A stretch of 51,771 nt of DNA, from contig NIVC01002008.1 in the NCBI GenBank assembly GCA_002269645.1, forward strand, positions 31,489 to 83,259, in the 5' to 3' direction. A program made the position numbers and the translations under genes. The stretch is from Macrostomum lignano. Its lineage: Eukaryota. The stretch's first letter is position 1, and every line of letters begins with the position of its first letter. The notes beneath the pieces were generated by a model. The model did not search any database. It was given only the letters and a program-made list of their open reading frames with translations, and was not told the origin of the DNA. Of the stretch, positions 40,276 through 51,771 are shown piece by piece.

Positions 40276-41192
40276 GGCTGAGCCCTCAACACCACCTTCC
40301 CTGCTCACAGTTGAGTTGCATAATTGATTAGCAGAGATGCTCGCGCAGTGGATTCGAAATCGATGCAGGACTCCCCGCTGAGCTGCCTGACTCCATGTGT
40401 GAGGAGGTCTCATCCAGCCGAGGTTTGACCTCTGACGGCGAACCGCGGGATTTCCCTCCGTGCAGCTCCCGCCGAGCCTCATCAGACATGCAAATCAATG
40501 CAAGCGGCGCTCCCTCCGTGCGCGCGCGGTTACGACAGCTTCTCAAACTCCTGAGAGTCGTGCAGGAAGGCTTCTTTTATTATTTACAACTGCACTTACT
40601 GCAAGAGGGCTCTCGGGCACCCTCCATGGGGTCTGCGGGGTTGAAAAAAAATAATAAAAGAAATGCCAAAGCTTTGTATATGCAACATAAAAAATCGGTC
40701 ATTGCAAAGCCGTCTCCTCGTGACGCAATAAAGCAAAAACAAATCTTTGGACTGAGCAGTCGGCATAACAGAAATTATTATTTTAGATTCTCAACAAACG
40801 CTGCAGAGTTCACCGAGGCGTGCGAGATGCTTTATACATGGACTTAAAGAAATAGTAGTATAGTAACCATGCAATGTGACGCAAGTAAAAGCGTCTTTTG
40901 CATGGGTTCAAAATATGAGTTAAGATATGTCAAGCAGTTGTCAATCTGATGGTCCAGTGTGATAGGTATACAAGCTATGTCCATGTCAAAATAGTTCCTA
41001 TCAGAGTTGAAGCGCGGAACTTGACATCGCAGATAAAATCTGATGAGGATGGTGGGTGAGCGAGCATGACAGCAACAAACAGGCACCGTATGCTGTTATC
41101 GTCTCAGACAGCTCAGTATGATCAGCTGATCAACCGGTATGAAATCAATGGTGTCGCGCAATCAGCCACAAGCATGCAGCAAGTGACTCTCC

Positions 41193-41840
41193 ATGCCAGT
41201 TTATTGTGACTCTCAGTTGGCAGTTTACTGTGACTCTCAGTGCCAGTTTATTGTGACTCTCAGTGCCAGTTTATTGTGACTCTCAGTGCCAGTTTATTGT
41301 GACTCTCAGTTGGCAGTTTATTGTGACTCTCAGTTGGCAGTTTATTGTGACTCTCAGTGCCAGTTTATTGTGACTCTCAGTGCCAGTTTATTGTGACTCT
41401 CAGTTGGCAGTTTATTGTGACTCTCAGTTGGCAGTTTATTGTGACTCTCAGTTGGCAGTTTATTGTGACTCTCAGTTGGCAGTTTATTGTGACTCTCAGT
41501 TGGCAGTTTATTGTGACTCTCAGTTGGCAGTTTATTGTGACTCTCAGTTGCCAGTTTATTGTGACTCTTCATGCCAGTTTATTGTGACTCTCAGTTGGCA
41601 GTTTATTGTGACTCTTCATGCCAGTTTATTGTGACTCTTCATGCCAGTTTATTGTGACTCTCGGTGCCAGTTTATTGTGACTCTCAGTGCCAGTTTATTG
41701 TGACTCTCAGTGCCAGTTTATTGTGACTCTCGGTGCCAGTTTATTGTGACTCTCGGTGCCAGTTTATTGTGACTCTCGGTGCCAGTTTATTGTGACTCTC
41801 AGTGCCAGTTTATTGAGACTCTCAGTGCCAGTTTATAATG
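41193..41840. repeat. 23-24-nt minisatellite GCCAGTTTATTGTGACTCTCAGT
   Basis: Directly visible. Confidence 0.95.
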
Positions 41841-42477
41841 ATTCTCAGTGCCAGTTTACGCACACCAATGTCAACTTGGTGGCGACAGAGCACGCGGCGT
41901 TGCGCCCACTCGGCCACTTTAAGTCCCCACAGTTATGGCCTCTCCAGCAACTCCGTTAGCCGCATAAATTGGCCAATGCAAAATAAAAATAACTAAACAG
42001 CTGGGGCCATGAAATTCGATTGGCGGCCTTGGCTCCACTTGGAGCTGCAGGCGTTGCTCTGCCCTCAGCTTCAGTTCTCGCCTCATCTCTTGCTATGCTC
42101 ATCTTCGGCAGTGCAGCTCCCAGTCTCTGAGGACCACTCGATCAGAGAGGCGCTAAAGACTAAAGAGGATAAGAACTCTGTCTATTCGATCGAGTTGGCT
42201 GAGAGCAGCTTCTTGATCTCCACATCTGCGGTGGTGAATTCTGTGGCGGCACAGCTAACGGGATTATAGCAGCTGCAGGCGCGCACTGATGGCCTCTGAG
42301 CTGGCCTGCATGGCCTGGGAGTTCCAGGGAGAATAAGCGGGAGACCTCAGTGTGGCGGCCCCGTGTTCATGCGCAGCCCTCAAGTTACAGTGCAAACCAC
42401 ATGTACATTCATCAGCAAAAAGACAAAGTAGATCCTGCTTCCCCATCGTAAATGTCAATCCGGGTACTTCGTAGTTG

Positions 42478-42845
42478 CAAGGACCACTAGAAGAAGAAGT
42501 TCAGAAGAAGAAGTTTAATTCGATTAAACACATATATTGTAAAATTCAAGTTAGTCACTAGTTAGCTTTAGACTATAATTGCTGCATGATATAGCTAGTA
42601 ACTAAAATAATATGAAGATCAACTATTCACGAAAAAATATTTATAAAACCCGTCGAAGCAACATGTTTTGTAAGTTATATCAAAAGAAAAGCTTTGTATC
42701 TGCTTCCAATAAAAAGCTATCACCATTTTAAAGTGAAAAATGTGAAAAGTTCCTATATCGCTAGTGCATTTTTCCGTGAAAATCAGCCTTTAATAAATTT
42801 TCCAAGAAACGAAGTATCCCGTCATTCTTCTTCTAGTGGTCCTTG
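42478..42845. mobile_element. MITE, 368 bp, probably P-element superfamily
   Basis: Perfect 21-bp TIR CAAGGACCACTAGAAGAAGAA (42478-42498 and 42825-42845). Exact 8-bp TSD CGTAGTTG at 42470-42477 and 42846-42853. Confidence 0.88.
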
Positions 42846-43046
42846 CGTAGTTGTTGAGTCTGTTATCAAACTCAAAAATTGTTTTTCGTTTTGTGAAAGC
42901 GGGCATTTAAAAAGTCTCCGTTTGCAAACTTGTCAGTCACTTGCTAAATAATGACAATGTTGAACACTCGCTTTTTCTTATAGTACTGATAGTAGGATTG
43001 TAAAGATTTTGCATTTGCAGCAGTCATTTTTATATTACAGGTCGAG

Positions 43047-43190
43047 TCTTGGGGGGGGGGGTTGGCCATCAAGGGCGTTAATTGCACGAGGAGAGCCAAG
43101 CCGAGACTCCAATTTTGCCCCAAATCAATGTGAAGTTGAGCCTGGGCCGCTGGCACATCAGAGAGCCGCGCCACGCCCCCCTCAACCCCA
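43047..43190 (-). mobile_element. Partial copy of the tRNA-derived SINE
   Basis: Matches 12695-12830 (GGGGGTTGGCCATCAAGGGCGTT..GAGCCTGGGCCGCTGGCACATCAGAG). Confidence 0.75.
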
Positions 43191-43481
43191 CCTTGCACAG
43201 GTAAATATCTATCTCAGCTAACCGCGGCCAACTCTGCTTAACTTGCAGCGCTCATCGAACTTCTACGTTCGACAACGGTTTAAAAGAACATCGCTGTGAA
43301 ATCGACATCAAACAGGAATTGTCAGCCGGGCAGTCGAGACGCAATAGTAAGACAGGCATGCAGTGTATTTAATAAATGATAGGCTTCACAATACTCTTTA
43401 ATATTTCATAATGCAGAAAGCCGAGAAAACAGACCGCACCAACAGGACAAAAAAGTTCAGCTTATCACCTCCAGTCAACAC

Positions 43482-46400
43482 CTAAACTTTCTTGATGATC
43501 TGCACCACATCCTCATCGGCCAGTTCGTGATCTTTGCCGACCTTCTGCGGCGTGTGCTTGACGGAGGAGCCCCACACCAGGGCGTACTTGAACTCCCTGA
43601 TGATGCTGCGGTGCAGCTTGTTGCAGAAGTCCTCAACGGTCTGCCGTCCGGTCTTCAGCACGATGGGCGCCTCATAGTCCGGCAGCTGGCCCTTGGGCTT
43701 GGTGTAGATGCGCACCAGGTGCAGGTAGTCCCAGATCAGCTCCAGCAGGTCGTCAAAGTTCCACTTGTGATGCGCCGAGATCGGCACGCAGTGGGGAATC
43801 TTGTAGATCACGTCCAGCTCCTCGATGGTGATCTGGTCGATCTTGTTCAGCACGTAGATGGCCGGGATGTACACTCGGTTGCCCTCGATCACGTCGATCA
43901 GGTCCTCGGCTGTGGCGTCATATCTGGCGGGGCGGGGGGGCGAGTGGAAACTCGTTAATCTCAAGTCTCACTAAATTCCTTCTGTTTCAGAGTCCTCACC
44001 TTAAATCTTACATGAAATCTCATCTAAAATCTCACCTACACCTACAATCTCACCTGTAATCTCACCTTAAATCTCATCTACAATCTAACCAGGAATCTTA
44101 ACTACAATCTCATCTGTAATCTCACCTACAATCTCACCTGAAATCTCATATACAATCTCACCTAAAATCTCATCTACAATCTCACCTAAAATCTCATCTA
44201 CAATCTCACCTAAAATCTGATCACAGTCAGAAATAAAACAGAAAACGCCTCACCTCAGCGTGATATCGGCATTGTGAATTTTGTACTCATTCAGAATGCC
44301 CTTGACAACGTCGCCATCGAGCTCGGACTGCGGCACCAGGCACTGCAGGTTGATGCCGCCCTTGTCCTTCCGCTTGAAGCCGATGTTGGGTGGCTGCTTG
44401 TTCAGCCGGATGCCGAAGCCCTCCACTTCGTGCTCAATGAGACGCTTGTGCTGCAGCGGCTTCAGCACGTCCAGCACGATCAGAATCAATGAGCAGGTGC
44501 GCGCCACCGCAATCACCTGGGCGACACAACGGGCGGAGTTCAACCTGATTATTAATTTACCCATCCCCTGATTCTTCAGCCACCCAGCTGCTACAGTTCC
44601 CCTGATTCTTCAGCCACCCAGCTGCTACAGTTCCCCTGATTCTTCAGCCACCCAGCTGCTACAGTTCCCCTGATTCTTCAGCCACCCAGCTGCTACAGTT
44701 CCCCTGATTCTTCAGCCACCCAGCTGCTACAGTTCCCCTGATTCTTCAGCCACCCAGCTGCTACAGTTCCCCTGATTCTTCAGCCACCCAGCTGCTACAG
44801 TTCCTCTGATTCTTCAGCCACCCAGCTGCTACAGTTCCCCTGATTCTTCAGCCACCCAGCTGCTACAGTTCCCCTGATTCTTCAGCCACCCAGCTGCTAC
44901 AGTTCCCCTGATTATCCAGGCACCCAGCTGCTACAGTTCCCCTGATTCTTCAGCCACCCAGCTGCTACAGTTCCCCTGATTCTTCAGCCACCCAGCTGCT
45001 ACAGTTCCCCTGATTCTTCAGCCACCCAGCTGCTACAGTTCCTCTGATTCTTCAGCCACCCAGCTGCTACAGTTCCCCTGATTCTTCAGCCACCCAGCTG
45101 CTACAGTTCCCCTGATTCTTCAGCCACCCAGCTGCTACAGTTCCCCTGATTATCCAGGCACCCAGCTGCTACAGTTCCCCTGATTCTTCAGCCACCCAGC
45201 TGCTACAGTTCCCCTGATTCTTCAGCCACCCAGCTGCTACAGTTCCCCTGATTCTTCAGCCACCCAGCTGCTACAGTTCCCCTGATTCTTCAGCCACCCA
45301 GCTGCTACAGTTCCCCTGATTCTTCAGCCACCCAGCTGCTACAGTTCCCCTGATTCTTCAGCCACCCAGCTGCTACAGTTCCCCTGATTCTTCAGCCACC
45401 CAGCTGCTACAGTTCCCCTGATTCTCCAGGCCCCAAAACCGACCTGTTTACCCCGACCTTTGCCGTCCTTGGCGCCCTCGATGATGCCGGGCAGGTCGAG
45501 CAGCTGGATCTTGGCGCCCTTGTACTTGATGACCCCAGGCACGGTCGTCAAGGTCGTAAACTCGTAGGCGGCCACCTCGGAGTAGACACCCGCCAGGTTG
45601 CTCAACAGCGTCGATTTGCCGACCGACGGGAAGCCGACAAAGCCGACCCGGGCGTCGCCAGTTTTTGCCACGTCGAAGCCTTCGCCGGTGCCGCCGCCGC
45701 CGCCGCCTTTGGGCTCGATGAGCTCGCGTTTCAGCTTGGCCAGGCGAGCCTTCAGCAGGCCCAGGTGACCCATGGTGGCCTTGTTTCGCTGGGTGCGGGC
45801 CATCTAAACAGAGTTGATCGGTTTGGGTTGTGTTTCTTGCATGAAATTTTCATCTGGTAGTTGCCATGGCAGAAGAGTCTGCCCAGGGACAGATCTTTGT
45901 TGAGTTGAGCTATGAACTGTAATACCAAACAAATCTAGCCCTTTTTATTTACCATAGACATTTGAACCTAGACATGCTAATGTGCCAAATAATAATAAAG
46001 TTTGATTACATATGCCTTAATAGGCAGATGTGCAACCAAAAGCTTAGCCACAGCTATTATATAGCACATCTGAAGGATGCATACGGCTGTTTAGTCCAAG
46101 GACTAGGGGGTTGCCACACACCCTTAATTACCATAGCTAATGCTAGCATCCATTTTACAGCTGGGTGAACTGAAGCAATACCAAGTTAAGTGTCTTTCTC
46201 AAAAATAGAAATTGTTCTAAAGGAATCGAACCCCCAACCTTCAAGTTGTGATACTCTAACCACTAGGCTTCAAACCCTCCAAAGCACATTGTGTCAAGCA
46301 AATATTGAATTTGTACTAGATTTTCATCTGCAGAAACATCCATTCGATCACAATGTGTTTGTAGTCTCTATTTTTTCTTTGTATAATAGAAACTTTAATT

Positions 46401-49400
46401 GCAATATAATTTTAAATATAGATCAAATTTAATCATGCTTCATGCTTGGTTTATACTAGAAATGAAAATATCAAAAAGTTAATAAGCGGAAAGCTAAGTT
46501 ATTTTATTTAAATGTAAAAATTAAAAGCAACATAGTAGGCATGGCAACAATATACAAATTATTCTTGTCATAATTTGGTGCGCAGTCATTTCATCTGCCA
46601 CCTTTTCCTCTGCCAGCAAACAAAATGACTTTTTAAAAAGAAAAATGAAAGTTTATAGCAGATATTACAAGTCATGCAAAACCAAAATGATTTGTAATAC
46701 AATGTAATTTTTTGCAAGCATAATTTTGTTTATTGCAATCTTTCTAAGAAAAAAATCTAAAATTTTAATTTCTGTTGAGAAAATAAGAGTTACAATTAGC
46801 TATGGTTACAAATATTGAAGGCAGAGTTTGCAGTTTGAGTTTGAAGGCTGGCTGTTATGAGCCCTATCCAATGTCAATAGTGTAATAGTGTTCTAAAATT
46901 GGCATATTTGCATCTAAATTTGCACATATTCTAAAATTGATGCATCCAAGGGAGGGCCAGGCCCCCCTGTGGCCCCCCACTTTCAGTTTAATTACTTTGG
47001 ATTTTCATAAAAAATAGTTTAAAAAACCTTATATATTTTTACAATTTTAACTTTAGAAACTATATTTTTTATATGAGCACTTGTAAGCTGTTGAAACCTG
47101 CGGATCTTGAACCCATGGAATTCCAATCCCCAAAATTATTTTTGCACGTATTCTAAAATTTAAAGTTATACTCAAACAAAAACTTGTTAATAGTTAGGAT
47201 AGAGATGAACATAAAATGGAGTAAATTCGGTTAAAATTAAGATTTGAGGCAAGCATTGATCTTGTTGGCTAGGGTGCTGTGTAGAATATCAGGCAATGTC
47301 AATCTAAAACATGTATTGGAAAAGTCAGGAAAACTCTGACCTCTGCCTCTCTCTACATGTACATTCCTCGGATCCTTTGAAACTTCTATCTTTGCTTCTG
47401 TTTCCTCTTTTCTCTCTCATCTTTTGTCTCTCCTGTCATCTCTTATTTCCTTTTTCCTCTCTTCTCCTTCCCCTCTTCTTTTGTCTCTTCCCCCACCTCT
47501 CTTCCCTCATGTCTTTTCTCTTATCTCTCCTTTCTCTTCTTTTATCTCTGCTCTTTTATCTCTTCACATTTCTCTTTTTCTTACCTCTCTCTTCTCTCAT
47601 CTGATCTCTTCCCTGTTCTTTCCTCTCTCCTCTCTCCTCACTCTTTCCTTTCTGCTCTCCTGTCTTCTGTCTCTCCTACTCTTGTCTCTTCCCTTCCCTC
47701 TTATCTCATATCCTCTCTCTTATTTCCTCTCTCCTCTTACTCTCTGCTCTCCACTCCCCATCTCCCTTCTCTTTACTTTCTCCCCTCTCCATTCTCCTCT
47801 TTCCTCTCCCCTCTCTCCCCCTGTTGTTAATTCTCTCCCTTCTTCTTTCTTTACTCCACTTCTTTCTCCCTTTATCTCTCTTCTCTACTCTCACACATTT
47901 TCTTCTCCCTACTCTTTCCTCTCGTCTCCATAATCTTTTCTCTCTCCTCTGTTCTCTCTACTCTCCCCCATCTCTTGTCTGTTTACTCTCGTCTCTGTTC
48001 TCTCTTCTTCCCTTTCTCTTCTGACAACTTTAATCTCTTATGTTCTGTCATGTCTTCCCCTGTACTCTTTTATTTCCCATCTTTGACTCCTCTTTTCTCT
48101 TCTCTCTTCTCTTTCATCTTTCATCTCTCATTTCTCCTGTCATCTCTACCACCTTATCTCTTTTCCCTTACCTTTAATCTCTTGTCTCTCAATTTTCTTC
48201 TTTTATCTCTGCTTGCTCTCTTATCTCTTCTCATTTCTCTTTGCTCTCTACTCTCCTTTCTTCTTACTCTTACCTCTCCCTTCTCTCAAAACTTCCCTCC
48301 TCTTCTCTCTCTCCTCTCTTCTTTCTACTTCTATGCTCTCATTTCTCATCTCTCCTATGATCTCTATTCTCTCTCCTTTTTTGTCTCAATCTTCTCTTCT
48401 ATCTATCTCCTCTCTCCCTCATCTCTAATATGTACTGTACTATCCTTTTTAACATCTCTCATCTCTTCTTTCTGCTTGCTTATCTCCACCCTATAATCTC
48501 TCCTTTCTCTACTCTCATCTCTCTACTCTCTCCTCTCTTCTATCTGCTCTCTACTTTCTCTTATCTATTCTCTCCTCTCTCATCTCTACTCTCTTCCATC
48601 TCCTCTCTACTTTATCCTATCTACTCCCTCTTCTCTCATCTCTCCCTCTTCTCACCTCTACTTTCTCCTCCCATTTCTCCCTTCCTACTCTTTCCCTTTC
48701 TTCCTGCAATCTCCTCTTATTTCTCCTTTCCTCTTGCAGTAAAAATATATACTTTGCAGAGATTAGCCAATAATTAAATGAATCTACAGTTTTTTTATAA
48801 GAATCTACTAGGAAAAGTAAATTATGAAGTTGAATGAAATTGTGTTTAGCTTTTCATTCAAAAAATTTCCAATTGCAAATCCTAAAGTGTTTTTGGGCAA
48901 AAAATTTAGAATGTTAGTTATAATAAATCAACTTAGCTATTGCATTATTCTTTGCAAGATCTTTTTTGGATATCATTTTTACTTTTTGGTAAAAATTAGC
49001 TTTTAAAATAATTAAAAAACTTAATTCAAGATATTGGCATTGCCCTTTCAGTTTTTACTGGGCCCTAACTAGGCCCCCCATCTTGAAACCTCTAGACGCA
49101 CCCCTGGCTATCCATATTGCAATGCTTACTCATAAACAAAAAGTTAGTTCACAATTGAGTATAGCCTGTAAGTTGATGTTTGGGTCACTTAAGAAGAATC
49201 AATATTTTTAGATACATGTATGCTTGTGCTTCTAACATAATGAGTTCTTTATCTTCACTACCACTATAAGTGTAAGTACTTTTTAAGATATACATATTTT
49301 GTTTTCAATATTATATGTACTCATACATGCGCAACAGTCGGCCGAGTTGGCCAATGTGGCCGACCGATTTGGTGGCCAAACAAAGAAGTCACAAAAATGC

Positions 49401-50373
49401 CCACTCAAAAAATACCCAAGTAATATTACTAAGTAGCTGATGAGGCATTTTGAATTAATAATACAGTCATAGTTACTCCTGCCATTTACCCAAAGTAGTG
49501 TTAATTTTGCTTTACGCTAATTACGCTAGGGTTTTTACATGTAAGTCGCATTTTTGGCCAAAAACTACGTCGCATTTTGTTAAAACTAAGTCACATAGCC
49601 AACCGAATTTTGGAAGTTGCGCATGTATGTATGTACTGGTGTCATTTTTTATAAGCAGCTGCAGGGGGTTGTGTGCACCTTGGCACACTTTAAGCAACAT
49701 AGGCATACAACCGGCGAAAGGCATTATTGCCTATTCTGCTGACTCCCCTGAGCAGGCATACAAGCACTTGTATATATACGCAGGCACACACTCATATAGG
49801 TGTACAGCAGCCCTAACTTTATTTTATCGTTAGGCATGTACAATTCACTGCGCCTTGGGGGGTTGGCTCTCAAGGCCATTAATTGCACAAGCAGAGCCAA
49901 GCCAAGATTCCAATTCAGCCCCAATTAATGACTGCACTTGGAATTGAGCCTGGGTTGCTAGCATACCAGAGCCTTGCTAAACTGCTGGGCTACAGCCCCC
50001 TTATACTGGTGTCATACCTTCATCTTAAAATTCTATGGTAGACGAAATTATTGCATTGTATTTTTGCAGATAAAAGAATGGCAGACAAACTGGCAGTAGA
50101 CTAAATGACTATCAACCTATAATTTAATAATAATAGCATTTTGATGATATACTCAATTTACAACAGCTGCCGCCTTTGCTATTTAGAATAGGCCCTAAGC
50201 TCCTATGAATTGGTCTTGTCTTAGAGACAGCCTTAGGCCTAGTAAAAAGTGAAACACAATTTTGATCACTTCTAAGACACTAGCTCATATATATATTCAC
50301 AAAATGTCTTTGATTCATCAAAATTATTACTCACCTCGGCTTCAATTTCTGCTATCTTTTGAACGACACTCAT
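43482..50373 (-). CDS. DRG1: Developmentally regulated GTP-binding protein 1, 367 aa
   Basis: Exons 50335-50373 ([13 protein letters not shown]), 45444-45803, 44254-44516 and 43482-43923 join in frame. Motifs [14 protein letters not shown] and DLPG, and a C-terminal TGS domain ([28 protein letters not shown]). Confidence 0.97.
43965..44220. repeat. Degenerate ~13-nt repeat AATCTCACCTA(A/C)A in DRG1 intron 3
   Basis: Directly visible. Confidence 0.8.
44565..45425. repeat. 34-nt minisatellite CCCCTGATTCTTCAGCCACCCAGCTGCTACAGTT filling DRG1 intron 2
   Basis: Directly visible, ~25 copies. Confidence 0.95.
46222..46268 (-). mobile_element. tRNA-like SINE head fragment (A and B boxes)
   Basis: Minus strand GCCTAGTGGTTAGAG...GGGGGTTCGATTCC; no full cloverleaf. 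Confidence 0.4.
47380..48735. repeat. CT-rich low-complexity tract in DRG1 intron 1
   Basis: Almost pure pyrimidine on the + strand, with no clear period. Confidence 0.9.
49666..50000 (-). mobile_element. tRNA-derived SINE copy in DRG1 intron 1
   Basis: Head GGGGCTGTAGCCCAGCAG..GGCTCAATTCC. Body aligns with 12553-12847 (GACTCCCCTGAGCAGGCA; ATCGTTAGGCATGTACA). Confidence 0.8.
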
Positions 50374-51426
50374 TCCTTTTTTAAAGCAAAATGTGATTAG
50401 CTAAGTCTACTGTTTAATCTAACTACAGTACAGTCAGTCAGTCGACAGTTTGTAAGAAGTGTAAGTTATAGAAATGGTTCACTTTATAATGGGGCACAGT
50501 ATAGCAGCTGCAAAAAAAGTTTTAGTTTGATAGTTTAGGTTAATGACTTTAGAGACAGAATAGTATGAATTAGGTGCTCAGTGAGAGAGTCTCCTAAGTC
50601 AATTGCTCGCGCTCTCAATGCATGCGCCCATTAAGTTATGAAATAATTTATAATACGCGGTTGTTTTTTCGCCGTGTAACGATGTTGATACTAATATGTC
50701 ATAAGATTATTGCTTTGATGCTTTTTAATTGTTGTATTAGTTAATTTTTTAAGTCTTATGAAAACTGAAAATAACCTCAGCTCTAATCTACTTAGAAATT
50801 TTGTTTTACCGAACGTTTCTTAGAAATGGCGTACTTATAAATAACAATCGCTAATTTACTGACTAGACCCTGTTTTCCGGTTTTCATGTAGGTGTCGGTA
50901 GCTATTATCTCTGCCTTTGCATCTTAAATGTATTATTTATAATATTTAACCATTTATCACTTATCAGCCATCATGACTATACCGAACTCTCAGAGAGGAT
51001 GATCACATCAGTTAATCAGAATTTATAGATCAGATTGCGTCGCTGTAAAAGAATTAAGTTATAATGCAGATGGGAAGTATTCGCCTGCTGACTTCTTCGA
51101 GCTAAGAAGGTAGTTGTGGTCGAAGAGGTCGAAGCTAAATAATTCAAATTGATTCCTTTTTGAAGAGGGAGATTTTTTTAAGTTGTCGAGGACGGAAGAA
51201 GGTTGGAATACTTCATGCATGTATAAATACGCACAAAAGTTAGTAGTACATATTTACGGCGTCTGTTCTAACAAAAATTGCAGCCGGGCAATGGGCAAAA
51301 AGGCAGAGTATGAAAATATAACAAATGCCGTGGACAGGCTTGGACAAATTGTCATATTACATGTAAATGTAATTTAGTAGGAAAATGAACGTCAACAAAA
51401 ACATAAAAATTAAATTTTTCTTTCTA

Positions 51427-51464
51427 GCCAACGCGTTTCGTCAAACACAAGACGTCGTCAGGGC
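51427..51464 (-). ncRNA. Minimal type I hammerhead ribozyme motif
   Basis: Minus strand GCC-CUGACGA-C-GUC-UUGUGUUU-GAC-GAAA-CGCG-UU-GGC: complete core, stem I GCC/GGC, stem II GUC/GAC, palindromic helix III (ACGCGU). Confidence 0.75.
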
Positions 51465-51646
51465 AAATTCAACCAACCTTAATTTTCAGCACCAATAAAT
51501 TCAAGCAAAACAAACTGTACAGTCAAAGGCGGGTCAAAAACAGTCCGGTAGAATTTCAAAAGTGCCAAGTACACAACGAAGGAGAGAGAGAGAAAAATAG
51601 GCATGGCTCTGCTCACAGTAGCTCACGCTCCACCCATTGCAGCAAG

Positions 51647-51771
51647 CTACACATTCAAGTTGGGTTTGTGCATTCTGATATAAGAAGCTTCAATCTTAAG
51701 CTTATGGTCAAATTTGCACCCATCCAGCACTTTAAAGAGCTGAATCGGTTCACTGTCACAACATTTTTTAC
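51647..51771 (-). mobile_element. C-terminal end of a probable Penelope-like GIY-YIG endonuclease ORF, truncated by the window edge
   Basis: KKCCDSEPIQLFKVLDGCKFDHKLKIEASYIRMHKPNLNV-stop resembles the F-x-I/V-L-D..L-K-I-(K)-E-A..I..(K)P-x-L-N tail of PLE endonucleases. A hammerhead lies ~180 nt downstream on the same strand. Confidence 0.55.

Noticed and set aside
41990-42330. Coding-like GC-rich segment, possible decayed gag
   Set aside because: Stops interrupt the candidate minus-strand readings and no diagnostic motif was found.
43230-43320. GIY-YIG-like RQRFK/EHRCEI fragment
   Set aside because: It needs a frameshift and is too short to support.

Overview
Eukaryotic (animal) genomic DNA with GC-rich spliced exons separated by introns that are largely filled by tandem repeats. 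The style resembles a repeat-rich invertebrate such as the flatworm Macrostomum; this is an inference. Seven genes could be assembled by hand from splice sites and reading phase: (1) a frameshifted secreted fibrinogen-domain gene (-); (2) an M6/proteolipid (PLP/GPM6) gene (-); (3, 4) a convergent pair of tetraspanins; (5) a two-exon gene encoding a putatively N-myristoylated, calcineurin-B/CHP-like degenerate EF-hand protein fused to a C-terminal Death domain (+); (6) an Arrowhead/Lhx6-8 LIM-homeobox gene with an unusually expanded first LIM domain (-); (7) DRG1 (-). Mobile DNA includes two MITEs with exact 8-bp target-site duplications, a degenerate inverted-repeat element, a tRNA-derived SINE family, and, at the right edge, the 3' end of a probable Penelope-like element with a minimal hammerhead ribozyme. 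The best novelty candidates are the EF-hand/Death fusion, the hammerhead, a repeat that multiplies a splice donor in frame, and the pattern of one private minisatellite per intron. No database search was possible, so all family calls rest on recognised motifs.
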